The notes below the pieces were generated by a model. The model had not been told where the DNA came from. It did not search any database and was given only the letters and a program-made list of their open reading frames with translations. Shown here piece by piece: positions 1 through 13,690 of a stretch of 64,000 bases of DNA; positions within the stretch are counted from its first letter, which is position 1; each line of letters starts with the position of its first letter. Both the position numbers and the translations under genes were made by a program. Origin of the DNA: Octopus sinensis (lineage: Eukaryota); contig NC_043000.1 of the NCBI RefSeq assembly GCF_006345805.1, forward strand, positions 53,010,001 through 53,074,000. The letters run 5' to 3'.

Positions 1-613
1 GTAAACCCTTCTTGATCATTCCTAGTGCTCCTACGATCACTGGTATTGTAACCGCATTGAGATGCCACATTTTCTCAATTTCAATGAGCAGGTCTTTATA
101 TTTTCTGAGCTTGTCAAACTCTTTCGCCGAGATATTATGATCACAGGGGATGCTCATGTCGATCAGTAAGCAAACGTTATTGTTTTGGTCTTTCACAACA
201 ATATCCGGTCTATTGGCTTTGATGGTTCGGTCTGTATGTACTGGAAAGTCCCACAGCATCGTTACATTTTCTCCTTCAGTTACAGCTTTAGGGTGGTGAT
301 TATACCACTTGTCGGCAGTTTTGATATTGTAATACCGACTTATTAGCCAGTGTAGATATTGGTCAACTCTGTCATGTCTTGATTTATACTCCACTGGTGC
401 TAAAACTTTACATCCAGAGATTAGGTGGTCCACTGTTTCAATCATGTCGTTGCAGAATCGGCATTTTGGATCTGATCCATTTTTCATCACATTGGCCTGG
501 TAGTTCCAGGTTAATAAGTTTTGATCTTGAGCAGCCAGGATGAAGCCTTCGCTCTCTGCTTTTAGCCCAGAGCTCCGTAGCCACTGATGGGTTTGCTTCT
601 GGTCAACGTCAGC
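1..613 (-). mobile_element. 5'-truncated RLE-type (R4/Dong-like) non-LTR retrotransposon, C-terminal part of the ORF; runs off the window start
   Basis: Manual minus-strand translation is open for ~200 aa: ...AESEGFILAAQDQ...PKCRFCNDMIETVDHLISGC (CCHC knuckle)...RHD...LWDFPVHTDRTIKANRPDIVVKD...LIDMSIP...KYKDL...IPVIVGALG (PD-(D/E)xK restriction-like endonuclease). The 5' junction abuts (TAA)n. Confidence 0.93.

Positions 614-672
<59 letters not shown>
614..672. repeat. (ATT/TAA)n microsatellite
   Basis: Direct reading. Confidence 0.98.
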
Positions 673-675
<3 letters not shown>

Positions 676-765
676 TAGTTTTATTTTGATAGCGTGCTTT
701 CACTTCACTACCGAGCGCAGCTCTGTGTGCCTTGGGTATGTGCTGTGATTTGTTGTGATGCTCTG
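673..765 (-). mobile_element. Probable 3'-UTR-only stub of an R4/Dong-like element between two (TAA)n arrays
   Basis: 93-bp complex sequence. On the minus strand it ends ...AAAATAAAACTACTG followed directly by (AAT)n, in the same orientation as the flanking R4-like pieces. Confidence 0.55.
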
Positions 766-836
<71 letters not shown>

Positions 837-917
837 CATTATATTTATTGTTTTTGTTCTCCTATTATTATTATTGTTATTATTATTATTATTATTATTA
901 TATTATTATTATTATTA

Positions 918-969
<52 letters not shown>

Positions 970-974
970 CATTG

Positions 975-1027
<53 letters not shown>

Positions 1028-1075
1028 GTATTATTATTATTATTAGTATTATATTTATTGTTCTTATTATTATTA
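766..1075. repeat. Long imperfect (ATT/TAA)n microsatellite
   Basis: Direct reading; source of the poly-I/poly-Y/poly-L spurious ORFs. Confidence 0.98.
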
Positions 1076-2640
1076 TTTCTGCAGCTGTACTAAACTAGGT
1101 TTTTTTTCTATTTCCTTTATTTATGACTTCAAATTTTAGGGATAGTTTCCAATGCACATACAACTACTGGGATATATTTTGTCCGCAGGTTCCATTGCTT
1201 CTGTAATTCAGTAGCTAGGCCCTGTTATTTACTATTTTTCTATAACTTCTCACAATAAAGTTTTCATCATTTGGGAATGTAATGTATATTATCTAGCACT
1301 TTCTATTCTCTATTCAATCAGGCCAAAATGATACATTCACTCACTCTGTGAGTGAAGCTTTCTTTTGATTTGCATAGTCTACATTGTGAATCTGCTTGGT
1401 TTTTTTACTATTTTGCCTTCTTACCCTATTAGTCCTCAATGTTTGATCTTGTGCTGCTACTAACAACATTTCTATCTCCCTCTTCAGTGTTCTTTGCTGC
1501 AAATATATCCATGTATCACTACAACTATTTCCTGCAACTAACGTAGGGAATGTAACATGCAACGCCTTCTCCTGCCAATCAGATAATTTCGGCATATTTT
1601 ATAATTCATTAATGCCCTAGGTAGTCTTAGAACCGGCTGCTTTTCACTCACTACTTCTTCCCTCACTTTATTTAACCATATTGAATCTTTATTATGATGG
1701 ACTGGCTCTTCCCAAATATTACTCTAAAACTTTCTAGCTTCTTCTACATTACATTTCTCATCTTCAGTACTTAGTTCTCCACTATTTATTTGGTTATAAA
1801 ATCTGTTGTCTGTCTCAAATAATCTATTCTGTTGATACTGATCTATTATTTTCTGCTTTCTGATGAGCGTGCCTGCTACTGCTGTGATGCGCTGTTTCAA
1901 CACTTCTATGACTGTCCCAAATCCTTTGTCTTTGACTAAGTATCTTTTCTCGAGGCAAGATATTCATCTTGCATTTCCTAAACGCTCAGAGGCTTGCATT
2001 CTACTTAAATCATAAATTTTTAAAGTCTTCACTTTAGTTTGTAATCTACTTTTCAACATTAGCATTTTTCTTATCTTTCTTGTGGAATATCTAATTTGCT
2101 AGTAACTACTACCCCTCTTGCATAGATCAATAAGTTAGGTTATATATATTTGTAGTATCTCTCTTACTGAGAACAGAATCTACTCTCCTAGTCATATCAA
2201 TTTGGTTTGGTGCCTTTCAAATTTCTGTTGGTGCCTTTCAATGCAGTTGGTGCCTTTCAAGCTTCCGTTGGTTCCTTTCAATGTTGTTGGAACCTTTCCT
2301 GCAACTCATTTAACATATTCTAATTTTCTACACTTAAATTACTTAAGGTGCTGGTGCCAGTTGTCCCTTCCTTATTGGTAGCGCTATTATTATTTTTCTT
2401 TACATTCTCCATTGAATTGAGCTGTATCTTTTATGTTGTTGTTTGTCTTTCCTATTGTCTGGTCTTTTCTTTCCAGTTCTTTTGTGATCTCTTCCACCTG
2501 CAATACTGTTACTCACTTTCTTCTCCTAGAGGCATTTCGTGATCTACAAATCTCTCTTCAGTCAATTTAAACATACCATTCTCAATCCAAATTGTTAACG
2601 ACCGTTTGCTTTCTCTAGGCCTTTCTCTTTGGTTCACTTT
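1076..2640 (-). mobile_element. Decayed, internally deleted R4/Dong-like LINE
   Basis: ORF 1341-1595 reads WQEKALH...TW..LQ..TLKRE.E.LLVAAQDQTLRTN, the same region as in the element at 1-613. The C-terminal ...KPSLVQLQK lies at ~1080-1110 and an N-terminal EVLKQRITAVA-like block at ~1870-1910. No RT motifs were seen between them. Confidence 0.8.
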
Positions 2641-2663
2641 CTAAGTAGCACTGCATCACTATC

Positions 2664-2892
2664 CGGTGAGCTGGCAGAATCATTAGCACGCCGGGCGAAA
2701 TGCGTAGCCGTATTTCGTCTGCTGTTACGTTCTGAGTTCAAATTCTGCCCAGGTCGACTTTGCCTTTCATCCCTTCGGGATCGATAAAACAAGTACCAGT
2801 TACGCACTGGGGTCGATGTAATCGACTTGGTCCGTTTGTCTGTCCTTGTTTGTCCCCTCTGTGTTTAGCCCCTTGTGGGTAGTAAAGAAATA
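2664..2892 (+). mobile_element. tRNA-related SINE, family 1 (tail type A)
   Basis: GAGCTGGCAGAA...GAGTTCAAATT (B-box-like)...GGTCGACTTTGCCTTTCATCC...; five or more near-identical copies in the window. Confidence 0.9.
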
Positions 2893-5800
2893 TATCCTGA
2901 TTTTTTCGCCGGTTCAATTTCTCCTCCTTACTCTATTATTTAATGATGCGGTATTAGGATAAGAGCTGTGGTCAGTCTGATCTTTACGGAACCATAGCCG
3001 AGCTAGAGGTCTTCCTTTAAAAGGTCCAGCTTCATTTTTGCTGTTACAGAGTTTCTCCGGAATGTCCTGTCATCCATAAACTGAGAAAAATTACTACTAC
3101 TACTAGTACTACTACTTTAATTTTTATTATTATCGTCATTATTATTTTGTTGCTTTTATAATTAATATTGTTATTATTAACGTACCGAACGAAATGCATA
3201 TCAGCATTTCTTGAAGTTGTTTACCTACTGAGTTCGAAGGCCGCTTATATCAAGGTAGCCTTTATTTTTTCGACATCTGTAAGAAATACCAAGCCGGTAC
3301 TAGACGCGAAGTAAACAATTGGGTATTTCCCGGTCGTCATACTGTCCATATGCCAAATTTTGAAACTAAAATTATTATTAAGTCGGTGCACTTTTGGAGT
3401 TGTTAACTTTCGGATAAGATGAAGAATATCATTGTATTAGTTATCTGCCATAAGTTCAAATCCCGTGCATGTCAACTCTGCATACCATCTGTTCCAGGTC
3501 CACAATATAAGCACTAATTACTTCAGTTCATGTAACCAACTGAAACCTTCCAAAAGTTAGGTATTTCACGTATCTTTCAAACAATTAAGGCTATTTTTTC
3601 GGTTCTTATTTCTATTATACTTAAAAACATTCACTGAACTACATTGTTCAATAAAATTATGTATTTTTTCTTGGGTCATTAAGTGCTATTTCGTACTTGC
3701 CTCTATCTAGAAATCAAAGCAAAGAACTATTGTCTCCTTTAAATTTTACTTTTGTGACCTAGACATCGATGTTTTGAAACTGACTTATTTTCCATTACAT
3801 TTCAGGCAGGAACAGCGCTGATTTGCCGAAGCATAAATATCGTCACCGAGCAGAATGAATATTCTGCTGAATACCACGTTTTGCTTGTCAGTTGCTTGAT
3901 CCTAACTACTAATGCTTGTCCTCTAGTGGTTAACAATATAGGTATCTTTGATCATGAACAGGAGTAGTGGGGGAGCATCACAGTCATGTGTTGAGAAGGA
4001 TTCTTTGGGATTTGAATAAATGAAACAAAAGCAAAATATGAAGGAATTTTTTACCATTTTTAATACATTTTAGGGGTAAAAAAAAAAAAATAACAGTTTC
4101 TACCCAACGACATAGTATTACACAGTGTTATTACATTACAATTCATATATGTATTATTATCTCATTTGGAAACAACTTTTATTTTCCTCCAGCATATATC
4201 GTTGAATTAATATCCAGCATATTTTAATGCAAATCAAAATTTAGCATGTTTTATTGGCAATAAGCATTTAATTTTCGAGAAAGTTCATAATATTAAAATA
4301 GAAAATTGATTTAATTTTTTCTTTTGTTATTTTCCTTCCTTTTTAAATAATATGATGTAATTATATTATTTGTGAAAATTGACCTGATTTGTTAATTTAC
4401 ATAATTTTTTTATAACAAAGCAAAGTCTCCGTAGTTAATCATTGTAAATAGTACCGTGTCTTGTAAACTCATGTTACTAACCGCTTCCGAACAATTTTTC
4501 ATTTTTATTAAAATAATTTTCAACTTCATTGAACAAATTTGATTTATGTGACTGTATAATAAATTATGTTTTATTTCATTAAAATTTAAGCAAACAACGT
4601 TTTCTAATTTCATTACTTTCTTAAAGTATCGATATCTATATTTTTTGATTAAATAATCAGCTGGACAAAATATCGTTATATTTAACAAATTTATTAAAAC
4701 AAATTTTCATATTTCTTAAATTTATAAATGGAAATATATTGAATTCGCAATATACGTAATAATTCTGCGTTCTCGATAGAAAAGCAACACTGAATTACTG
4801 AGACACATTATAAGGATGTCCTATTTCCACATTTATTTCAAACTCATTACCCTAATGGCTTTTTGAGACACCTGGAAAAAATATTTTCATTAAAATATCG
4901 GAACCATAAATGCTTTATGAAAGTTTGTTTCATTTATAATGCTGGTAAAATTGCTAATCCTTAAATGTAAGCTAGGTATTTGAAAATATTAAGCTGTACA
5001 TGTGACACTACATAGAATATATGAGAAGTTTCAATACTGGCATTAGTTTGGTAATTTGTAAGAACCAGCCTAATTGTTGTCCTCGCTACATTGTAGACTT
5101 CTGTGCAAGAATTTATGGCGGCATGTTTACTTACCCTTTTATCTTTTACTTGAAACTCATTAGATGATGTGATGTTTCCTTCAAATTTGAATAGATGAGA
5201 AAATTAACTCTATGGTACTGCACATCTAAACAACATTGCGGTAAATGTGATATTTTACGTTATTCATAATTTATATATTACAGAGCACACAATCATACAA
5301 TTTAGAAATCACCATAATTTTAAAATTATAAAGATTTGCAACTTATATAAAAATAAACATTTAGAGATATTTTTTCGTATAAAACATATTTTCAATAGAT
5401 GACAGTTATTTTCACGAACAGTTTTCCTAACATCATAATAACTCTGCCCTCACCGACTCCTTATTCATGCATAAAGCCTTTAGTTTACAGTAACAGTAGC
5501 AAGAATAACTACCCAGTCCAGGTAGTCAACATCGCTAAAAATATTTCAAAGTTACCGATTTGAAAATATAGTCCGACTACAATCAGTTGTATTTATGCAT
5601 AAATTAATACTATCATACTTCACACGTAAAAGTTATATGTCCAATTATGATATTTTAATATTTTGTTGGCATGTTTTCAGAGACTGTAACACTGTTTTAC
5701 ATTTTATGTGCGTTCTTTATTTCCAAATCTATATTTTGGAAATACGATATTGTTAATGATAATACTGTTAATAAAAATTAAACGGTTAAGAACCAGTATT

Positions 5801-8383
5801 CTACAATTATCGTCTACATTATATACCAACACCAATCTATTAAACGTAACTAGTCACATATACTTGTGATTTGACAATGCATTCATTATGTTCCTTTTAA
5901 TTATAGTAAAGTTTCGGTAAAAAAAGCATTGAAAAACAGCAGACAATAATAGTTTCCAAGTATCTTATAAAAATCTAAAGAAAGAATAATTATAGACTGT
6001 TTCGATATTTGTTCGTTTGAAAGCGAATGGAAATAAAGGACAAATGTATTATTCTAGCCTTTGACATATTTACAATGAAGATATTTATTTTTGCGAATTT
6101 AATCAGATTGTATGGCATACTGATGGACAAAACATGTACTAACCAACTAAGTAGTGATGTATTCAATGAGGAGGTATCTGTCTAGACCTACACAAATACA
6201 GTGATAATTACCTATCAAAGAGTAGATTCCGACGTTTTATTCTGTTAACATTCGATAGTTAATTCATGCCATTCTGTTTCGAATGCGACATTTGACTTTT
6301 AACCAGACTGAATGCTTCTTTTGAGAAACAATTGGTAGTTTTATATTGATTTTGTGTATATTTTATTTATTTTCATTTTACGATTATAAATTTAAACAAA
6401 TTTCTTAATGTTTCAAACAATAGACTGTCATTACACTGCATATAATATCAACAAAAAAGAACGAGAAAAAAACAACTGAAACACGAAAGCAATTATTAAA
6501 GATGAATTGATAAAATATTTGTGTGCAGTAAATCTTAATTCATTTTTATAAAACGTGATTAGCAATGTTATTTGACCTTTCTCTGCATTGCCAACTACTG
6601 TAGCAGGTCTGAAAGCCATCTGCGAAATAATACTTTTTTGACCAAACGAGCAGACTACTATTAATTGAAACCGAAGTAAATGAAAATATAGAGTATGCAA
6701 AATAAATCTACTGATATGAAATAAAGTGAAGATTAGAAACAAAGTTCTGGTTTATCTGAAAATAAGTGATAAATCACGTAATAATTCTATAGGTTGAATA
6801 TACGCTCAAAAAATGAATAAATATTTTAGAAAAATGAACACGTTAAGGGAAAGTTCGAATCTGATATTATGCAGAATATTATGAGGTGAAAGAAAAATTT
6901 TTGAGAAAATATTCAATTAACAATTGACAAACAGCAGAAAATACAATAAGGTGAAAGGTACGAATGACATGTAGTCTGGAACAGATAAATGTCAATTGGA
7001 ACGCTATAAGAACTGCTTGAAATAGATAGATTATGAAAGGGATTTGGGGTTATAAATAGAAAAGTAGCGTGTAGACTGGAGTGAGAAAGACAGAGGAGAT
7101 AGAAATATGACAATTATTAGCAAAACTCTTTCATACCAACTATAATAAAGTAACATTTTACTAGATGAAATTCTTTCACCAAAGTGAAACGTTGTTTCTT
7201 CATTCATCATTCTATTTGCCTCTTCATAGAAGAGGTAAATAGAAACGAAAACACGGATTTGCAATGCTTTCGGTGCATATTACCAGTATATATTTCCTCA
7301 GAAGATATGGAAATAGTTTAATGTGTATAGAGTATTATGGTAATAACATTCATGGCCGTAAAACTAATAGCTAATAATTTCTTTCTTATAGTTCCATTCA
7401 TTCACACTTTCGAAGCATTTCGATTATTATATTCATTACTATTAATGTATTAATTTCAGATGTCAATATTTGGGATCTTGAAGTATGTGATTCTTCATTT
7501 TCTCAACATTTTCTCTCGGTTTGGAAAGAGAATGCTATCACCTGTATAAACTTTTCCTTTTCTTCTCACATCTGTAGAGCATAAGATTTTGCCTAGAAGT
7601 AACAATCTAACTTTATAATGCTAATGATCGTTGAGCTTCCAGCATATTGTAAAACGATAAGCAGGAAAATACATTGAAAAATGTTTGTTACGAATGCAGT
7701 TATAAAACTGAAAATTACAGTAAAATAACACGCAGTTATGAAAATTTAGATATATACAAGAGAGAGAACCTATACAAAGGAATGACATAAACCTTCCTTA
7801 TCACAACTAGATTTATCATTGATATTAGAATTAGCGTTTATATTTCGTAAGAGATACACATACGTGTAATATATTCAGCATAATTCAAAAGGATGAAAGT
7901 ATTTAAATGTGACAAAACAAGCTGTAAATGAAGGTCATATATTGAACGGAATGCCTGATTATTCTGAACAACAAAACTAAAACAGGTTTCATCATGAACA
8001 CCTTTATGAACACGGTGGGTAATGGGAAAATGTATTAATTTTCTACTGCTGTTCTCAACTTAAAATAAATATATATATATATATATATATATATTTCGCA
8101 GAATATATCTCTATACCTATTTAATAATATTCAATATACTTTTTAAATAGTTATTATTCACAATTCAAATATATAGCAAGCTAAAATAAAATCGTTAAAC
8201 TTCCGACCAGAAGCTTATGTTTATGCAAGATATGTAAAGCATATAGCTTTATTGTCGATGTTAAGAAAACACTGCTGATAAATACTACATTAAAAATACA
8301 TGTGATACCATTATAAAAATCTCCGTCCTTCTTATATTCACAGAAATATCTATCCTAACTGTGCCTAATATATAGTTAGGCAG

Positions 8384-8439
<56 letters not shown>

Positions 8440-11400
8440 TAATATGACTAATTAAACATTTTATGTAGACATTTCCTTTTGTTTTTGTATCGCATTTAAT
8501 GGCAAAATTGACATTTTCGCTAAAATATGAATGTTTGTGAAAACACTTGAGTTCATAGAAAATTTCTGAGAGCCTTTCTGATCTCAGCTCCATAATAGGT
8601 AGAACTAATTGTAAGAGTCAGAGCAACTGACAGAAATTTTTGAGAATAAATATGAAATGTCCTAGTCGTCTAAACATACCTATCCACTGAAGACACCAAA
8701 GGAAGTACGTAAAAGAGAAACGTACATTGGTTTAGATAATTATTTAAAATTACTCTGTACGCATATTGAATTTTAGGATTTACTGCACTAATTACTTGTG
8801 ATTGAATTGGTAAATGAAGGCAGGAAAAATTAATTCATTTCCGAATTAATATTGATTTCACTAAATTTTGCTTTCCGTAAAAGCAACGGCATCTATGCAG
8901 AAATAATAGTATGTAGCATAATATATATATTATTGCCGCAATCATCTTCAAAATCTAACCACATTTTGTATATCAACAGATATGTCTGATGTGCACATTG
9001 CTGCATATAATCATGCAGTATGTAATAAAATAGCATAAAACAATTTACACATGGATGATATGCTTTTTTCGTAATATTGATAGCAATTAGATTAAATGTC
9101 GACATGGTTTCGTGATTACGAAATTTGATTTGAAATGATGTAGTTCCAAGATCGATACCACCGCTTCAAAAGTGTTTGGTATATGAGAATCCGATATTTC
9201 ACAGAACACAATTTGATTTCTATTGCTCTCCCCCTGTCTATCTTAATCCTCTTAAATATGTATATATATATACATACACACACACATATATATTTATACA
9301 TTGTGCAATGGTTTCTTTGATCAGTGATTAATTGGGACAAAACAATAAGTTCAACAGAAGCAGTCCAGGTGTGTGCGTGTGTGTGTGTGTAATATTCACT
9401 ATGTTGTTCCGTAAATGAAATATAATAATGTAAAGTAATTTGATTATCTACAGTTTCTATTACATATATCCTTTAGTCACAATCAAACTCTGATTGAGTG
9501 GACCCCATAATCAAAGGTATTCGATCTATGATAATTGTTTCATTCTTCTAAATGTAAACAATTAAAATAGTAGAGATTGATTTGGATATTACTGTTATCA
9601 GGTAGTGTAATTACGTAGATGATTCTTTGTTAATACAATGCATTCTTTTCTACCTTATATAACAATAAGATATGCAATTTCTTAATCAAGAATAATGAAG
9701 TTTTATTATATCACTTTCTTTAGATACTCTACATTTATCATAGCAATTAAAAAACAAAAATCAATATGATGTCTTTTTACAAAGGAACACGAAATTGTTC
9801 GCTATCACAAAATTAAGAAAGAATATTTTGTATTGGCAAGAACATATAGGAAATTGTTATCTCCAATAATGATCCTATTTTTCTTTTAATTTAAGCATTC
9901 ATGTATGCTGGAAATGGTAAAATACGGCCCAAATAGCAAGCACTATTGGATGAGTTGCCATCATTTTCAATGCTATTGAAGTTAAACTTGCTGTTCAGTA
10001 TGACAATGAGACTGTAATATATTATTTAAACTATTGTCCTTGGTTGTTCTGACGTTTTTCACTTGAGTCTTACATCCACAAGGCACTGGAAATATATACT
10101 CCAAAACTATTTCTTTTTAACATACGAGGCTCACCAGCCTTTGACCATACAACGCTCATTTGCACATTATGTGCAAAAGTACTCCCAGTCACCGAAATCC
10201 AATGAGAATACCAGCTTTTATTACCCTTAAACATTTGTCTTCCAAATTATTCAATCTTACCTCTTCTTTCGATAATTTCTTTTCATCAGGGTTATATCCT
10301 GACCATTTAATGCCCGTTTAAGTTTATTTCAGAAGAGATAGTGCTGCCGTTTAGAACAATCCGTTTTAACACGACCGTTTCTGTTTCATTTTCTGTCTCA
10401 TATATCTACACAGTGTGTTTTCACTCTCGACAAATCTGATGAAAGCATTCGTGTTTCCCACAAAATCTTCCCATAATATTATGCTTTTGTCTCATTGCTG
10501 CAATGCAATGTCTCTAAATGTGTTTATTTTCTACTAGGGAAATCGTATACTTTGATAGTATTATTTATTTCCTTATATTGAAATTTAGAAATTCATTTAT
10601 TGAATATTGGTAAAGTGTACACGGTTACTCTACTTGCTGGAAATACGGGCAAAAATCTTCCCACTTATGTGAATCCAAATTTCATAAAAGCTAAAGGACA
10701 GATTTTACAATGCCGGTTAATGTTTTCAAAAAATTTAAATGCTTACGGATGAAATCCATTTGTTCGTAGAATGTCTCGAGAAAAGATACCCATGTGATAT
10801 AACGGAAGGTTGCACCTCCAGAAGATAATATATAGAGTAAGCTCAAAGAGGAAAAACAGTCTAAATTAGAGATGGGCATATAATAACATTTTTGAGAAGA
10901 TGAGAAACATGTGGATATTCATCGACATTCGATACAAACTTTTCAGAGATCGTGAGGTACTCAGGGGAAACGGAATGAAGGGTATCGAGAGAAAGAGATA
11001 ATGACGGCTTGAGGAGTTGGGGAAAATCGTAACTAAATACATGTGGAAAATTTTGATTTCAGTACTTTTCTGTTGAAATCTGAATTAATATTGAGAAGAA
11101 AATGTTAAATCTTTTCACTGAATTGTGGTATTTTCTACTCATGGAATATCTCAAAACGAAGCAAAATGTATTTACGTTAGAGTGTATTATACAATTTATA
11201 TTATAGTTTATCAAACCATTTGAATGTGCTAAGCAGAATGCGTTTGCCGAGTAAATGCTAATTCTTTCTCTCAAAATAATAAGATAAAGTTATATTTCGG
11301 AATGGTCATTACAAATTACAGAAGCTACACACATAATAGAAGATAAACCTAACCTGAATAGGAAACTGGAATGGAACACTAGCACCCACCACAACATATG

Positions 11401-12221
11401 ACGGTAGAGGATCCCCATATGCTGGTTACAATATAAACAAAACCGAAAACATAATAAATAAGATACACAGATATATAAACAAATAGAAATAAATAACTAT
11501 ATAAGTATTTTTGTTTAATTTAAAATATTTTTTGATTTATTATTATTATTACTAGTATTGTAGTTATACATACTTACAAGCATACGTAATAATAATAATA
11601 AGTGGATGTAAACACATGAACAAAATAAGAATAAACAAAAACAACAATAAAAACAAATTACACGAATGTATATAAACAGAAGATACAAATATTACAGGCA
11701 TCCCCCCAAACACACTAACTAAACATAGACGCACATAGAGATATAAGCATGCGCAAATGAAGACATACAATAGAAATACAAAATGGCTGACGGTTAGTAA
11801 GGAGAGACACAAATAAGAAAGAAGTAAACAAAGGACCACTGATGCGGTCTCAGGAGTGTGACGAAAGAACTCTGGCCGAAATAAGATTAAGATTAATGTA
11901 AAAAAATAAATAACACTGAAGCAAAATAACACCAAATATATAGTGCGTGTGTTTTCATTGGCTAAACTGGCAAAATGACCATTCCGAAATATAACAATAT
12001 CTGTTTCAACACACGACTTCACATAAAAAATCTTGCAAAACAAATATATAAACATAATAAGATAAAGATTATGTTTGTAAATTACATTAGCATTACGCTC
12101 AATAGTTGTCGGATACCCTGCGAATTTAGAGCAGTTAATTCAAATCACCAAGCAATAGTATGCCCAAAGTGTGAAGCAGTGAAGGGCCAATTACTCCCGC
12201 ATACACACACACACACACACA

Positions 12222-12294
<73 letters not shown>

Positions 12295-12822
12295 TGTGTG
12301 TGTGTGTGTATCAGCATGTGTAAATATGTCTTCTTCATGAATTCTGAAATGGAATACAATTTCAAAGAACACGAAACATTATGTTCGTATGATACGGATA
12401 AATTACTTCACCTCCATGAATAAGCCCATCCTTGCCACATATACCCTGAATAATCATACAGATTATCGACTAAAAATGGTCCAGTAGATTAACAAGTTTA
12501 TACTTTATGAAAAAGATTGAAAATTCACGATTTAATTGCATTCAACAAAGGTTTCAGTCGAAATCTTTAAACTATTACTCATTAAATTATTACATCAGAT
12601 ACGTAATTAATTAATTTAAATTCAATTCGAAACGTTACATACCCAGATCATCAGTAGGACTACGACTGTAAGGAGCTGTTACAGGCTTTAATATATACTT
12701 AATATAAGTATTTATATTAATTAACTTGGCGTAGTCTGTAAAAATAAATGAATAATCAAGGATGTTTTGCCGTCTTCATTGTACTAATTGACGATAAAAT
12801 CGATAAAATATATAAATGCGAG

Positions 12823-12866
<44 letters not shown>

Positions 12867-13405
12867 ATGTATATATATACATACACATATACATAAATAT
12901 ATACATACATATACATATATAAATATATATATATTTATGTATGTATGTATGTATGTATGTATATATATATATATATATTATGCATAAATATTACACTCAC
13001 ATATACATATATAACACATATGCTATGCTTAAAGAAACACACATACATATATATATACACAGTGGTATGTAATTATATATGTATGCGCGTTTAGGATATG
13101 TGCGTGTGTGTGTTTCTATATATCAGAGAGCGAGGATAAAGAAGTAAACACACAAAAGGCTAACGATTAATGTTGTTTCTCTAAACATCTATAGAAATTT
13201 TTTCCCTAAAGATTAGGAAGCGATATGAAAGATGTTATTTATGGCAACGATGATACTTTTTTATATTTTATTGTTGGCAATATTGTCATCTTTTACAAAA
13301 GTCCTGTTTTCAATCTCTCAGAAATTTCCTTCACTATGAATACTACCACGCACAACTCTCTGTATATGTGTAGATATTACAGAGCATATATCTACATACG
13401 TAAAT

Positions 13406-13437
<32 letters not shown>

Positions 13438-13634
13438 GTAAGCATATATAAATATATAAATATGTATATACATATATATACCTATACGCGCTTGTATGTA
13501 CTTATATCCGCACAAAATATTATCACACATGTACACGGGCAAACATCACGCACACACTAAAAAAATCACACGCGTGCATTTATATATCCACATATAAATA
13601 GAATTATTTAAAATTGTAGGTCTATAGCTAGTTT

Positions 13635-13690
<56 letters not shown>

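Noticed and set aside
694-1098. ORFs with poly-I/L/Y runs, and all IYIYIY, CVCVCV and HTHTHT ORFs elsewhere in the track
   Set aside because: They are translations of (ATT)n, (TA)n, (TG)n and (TACA)n microsatellites and have no coding signal.
10600-11300. Purine-rich complex segment with short ORFs
   Set aside because: No recognisable domain, termini or splice structure.
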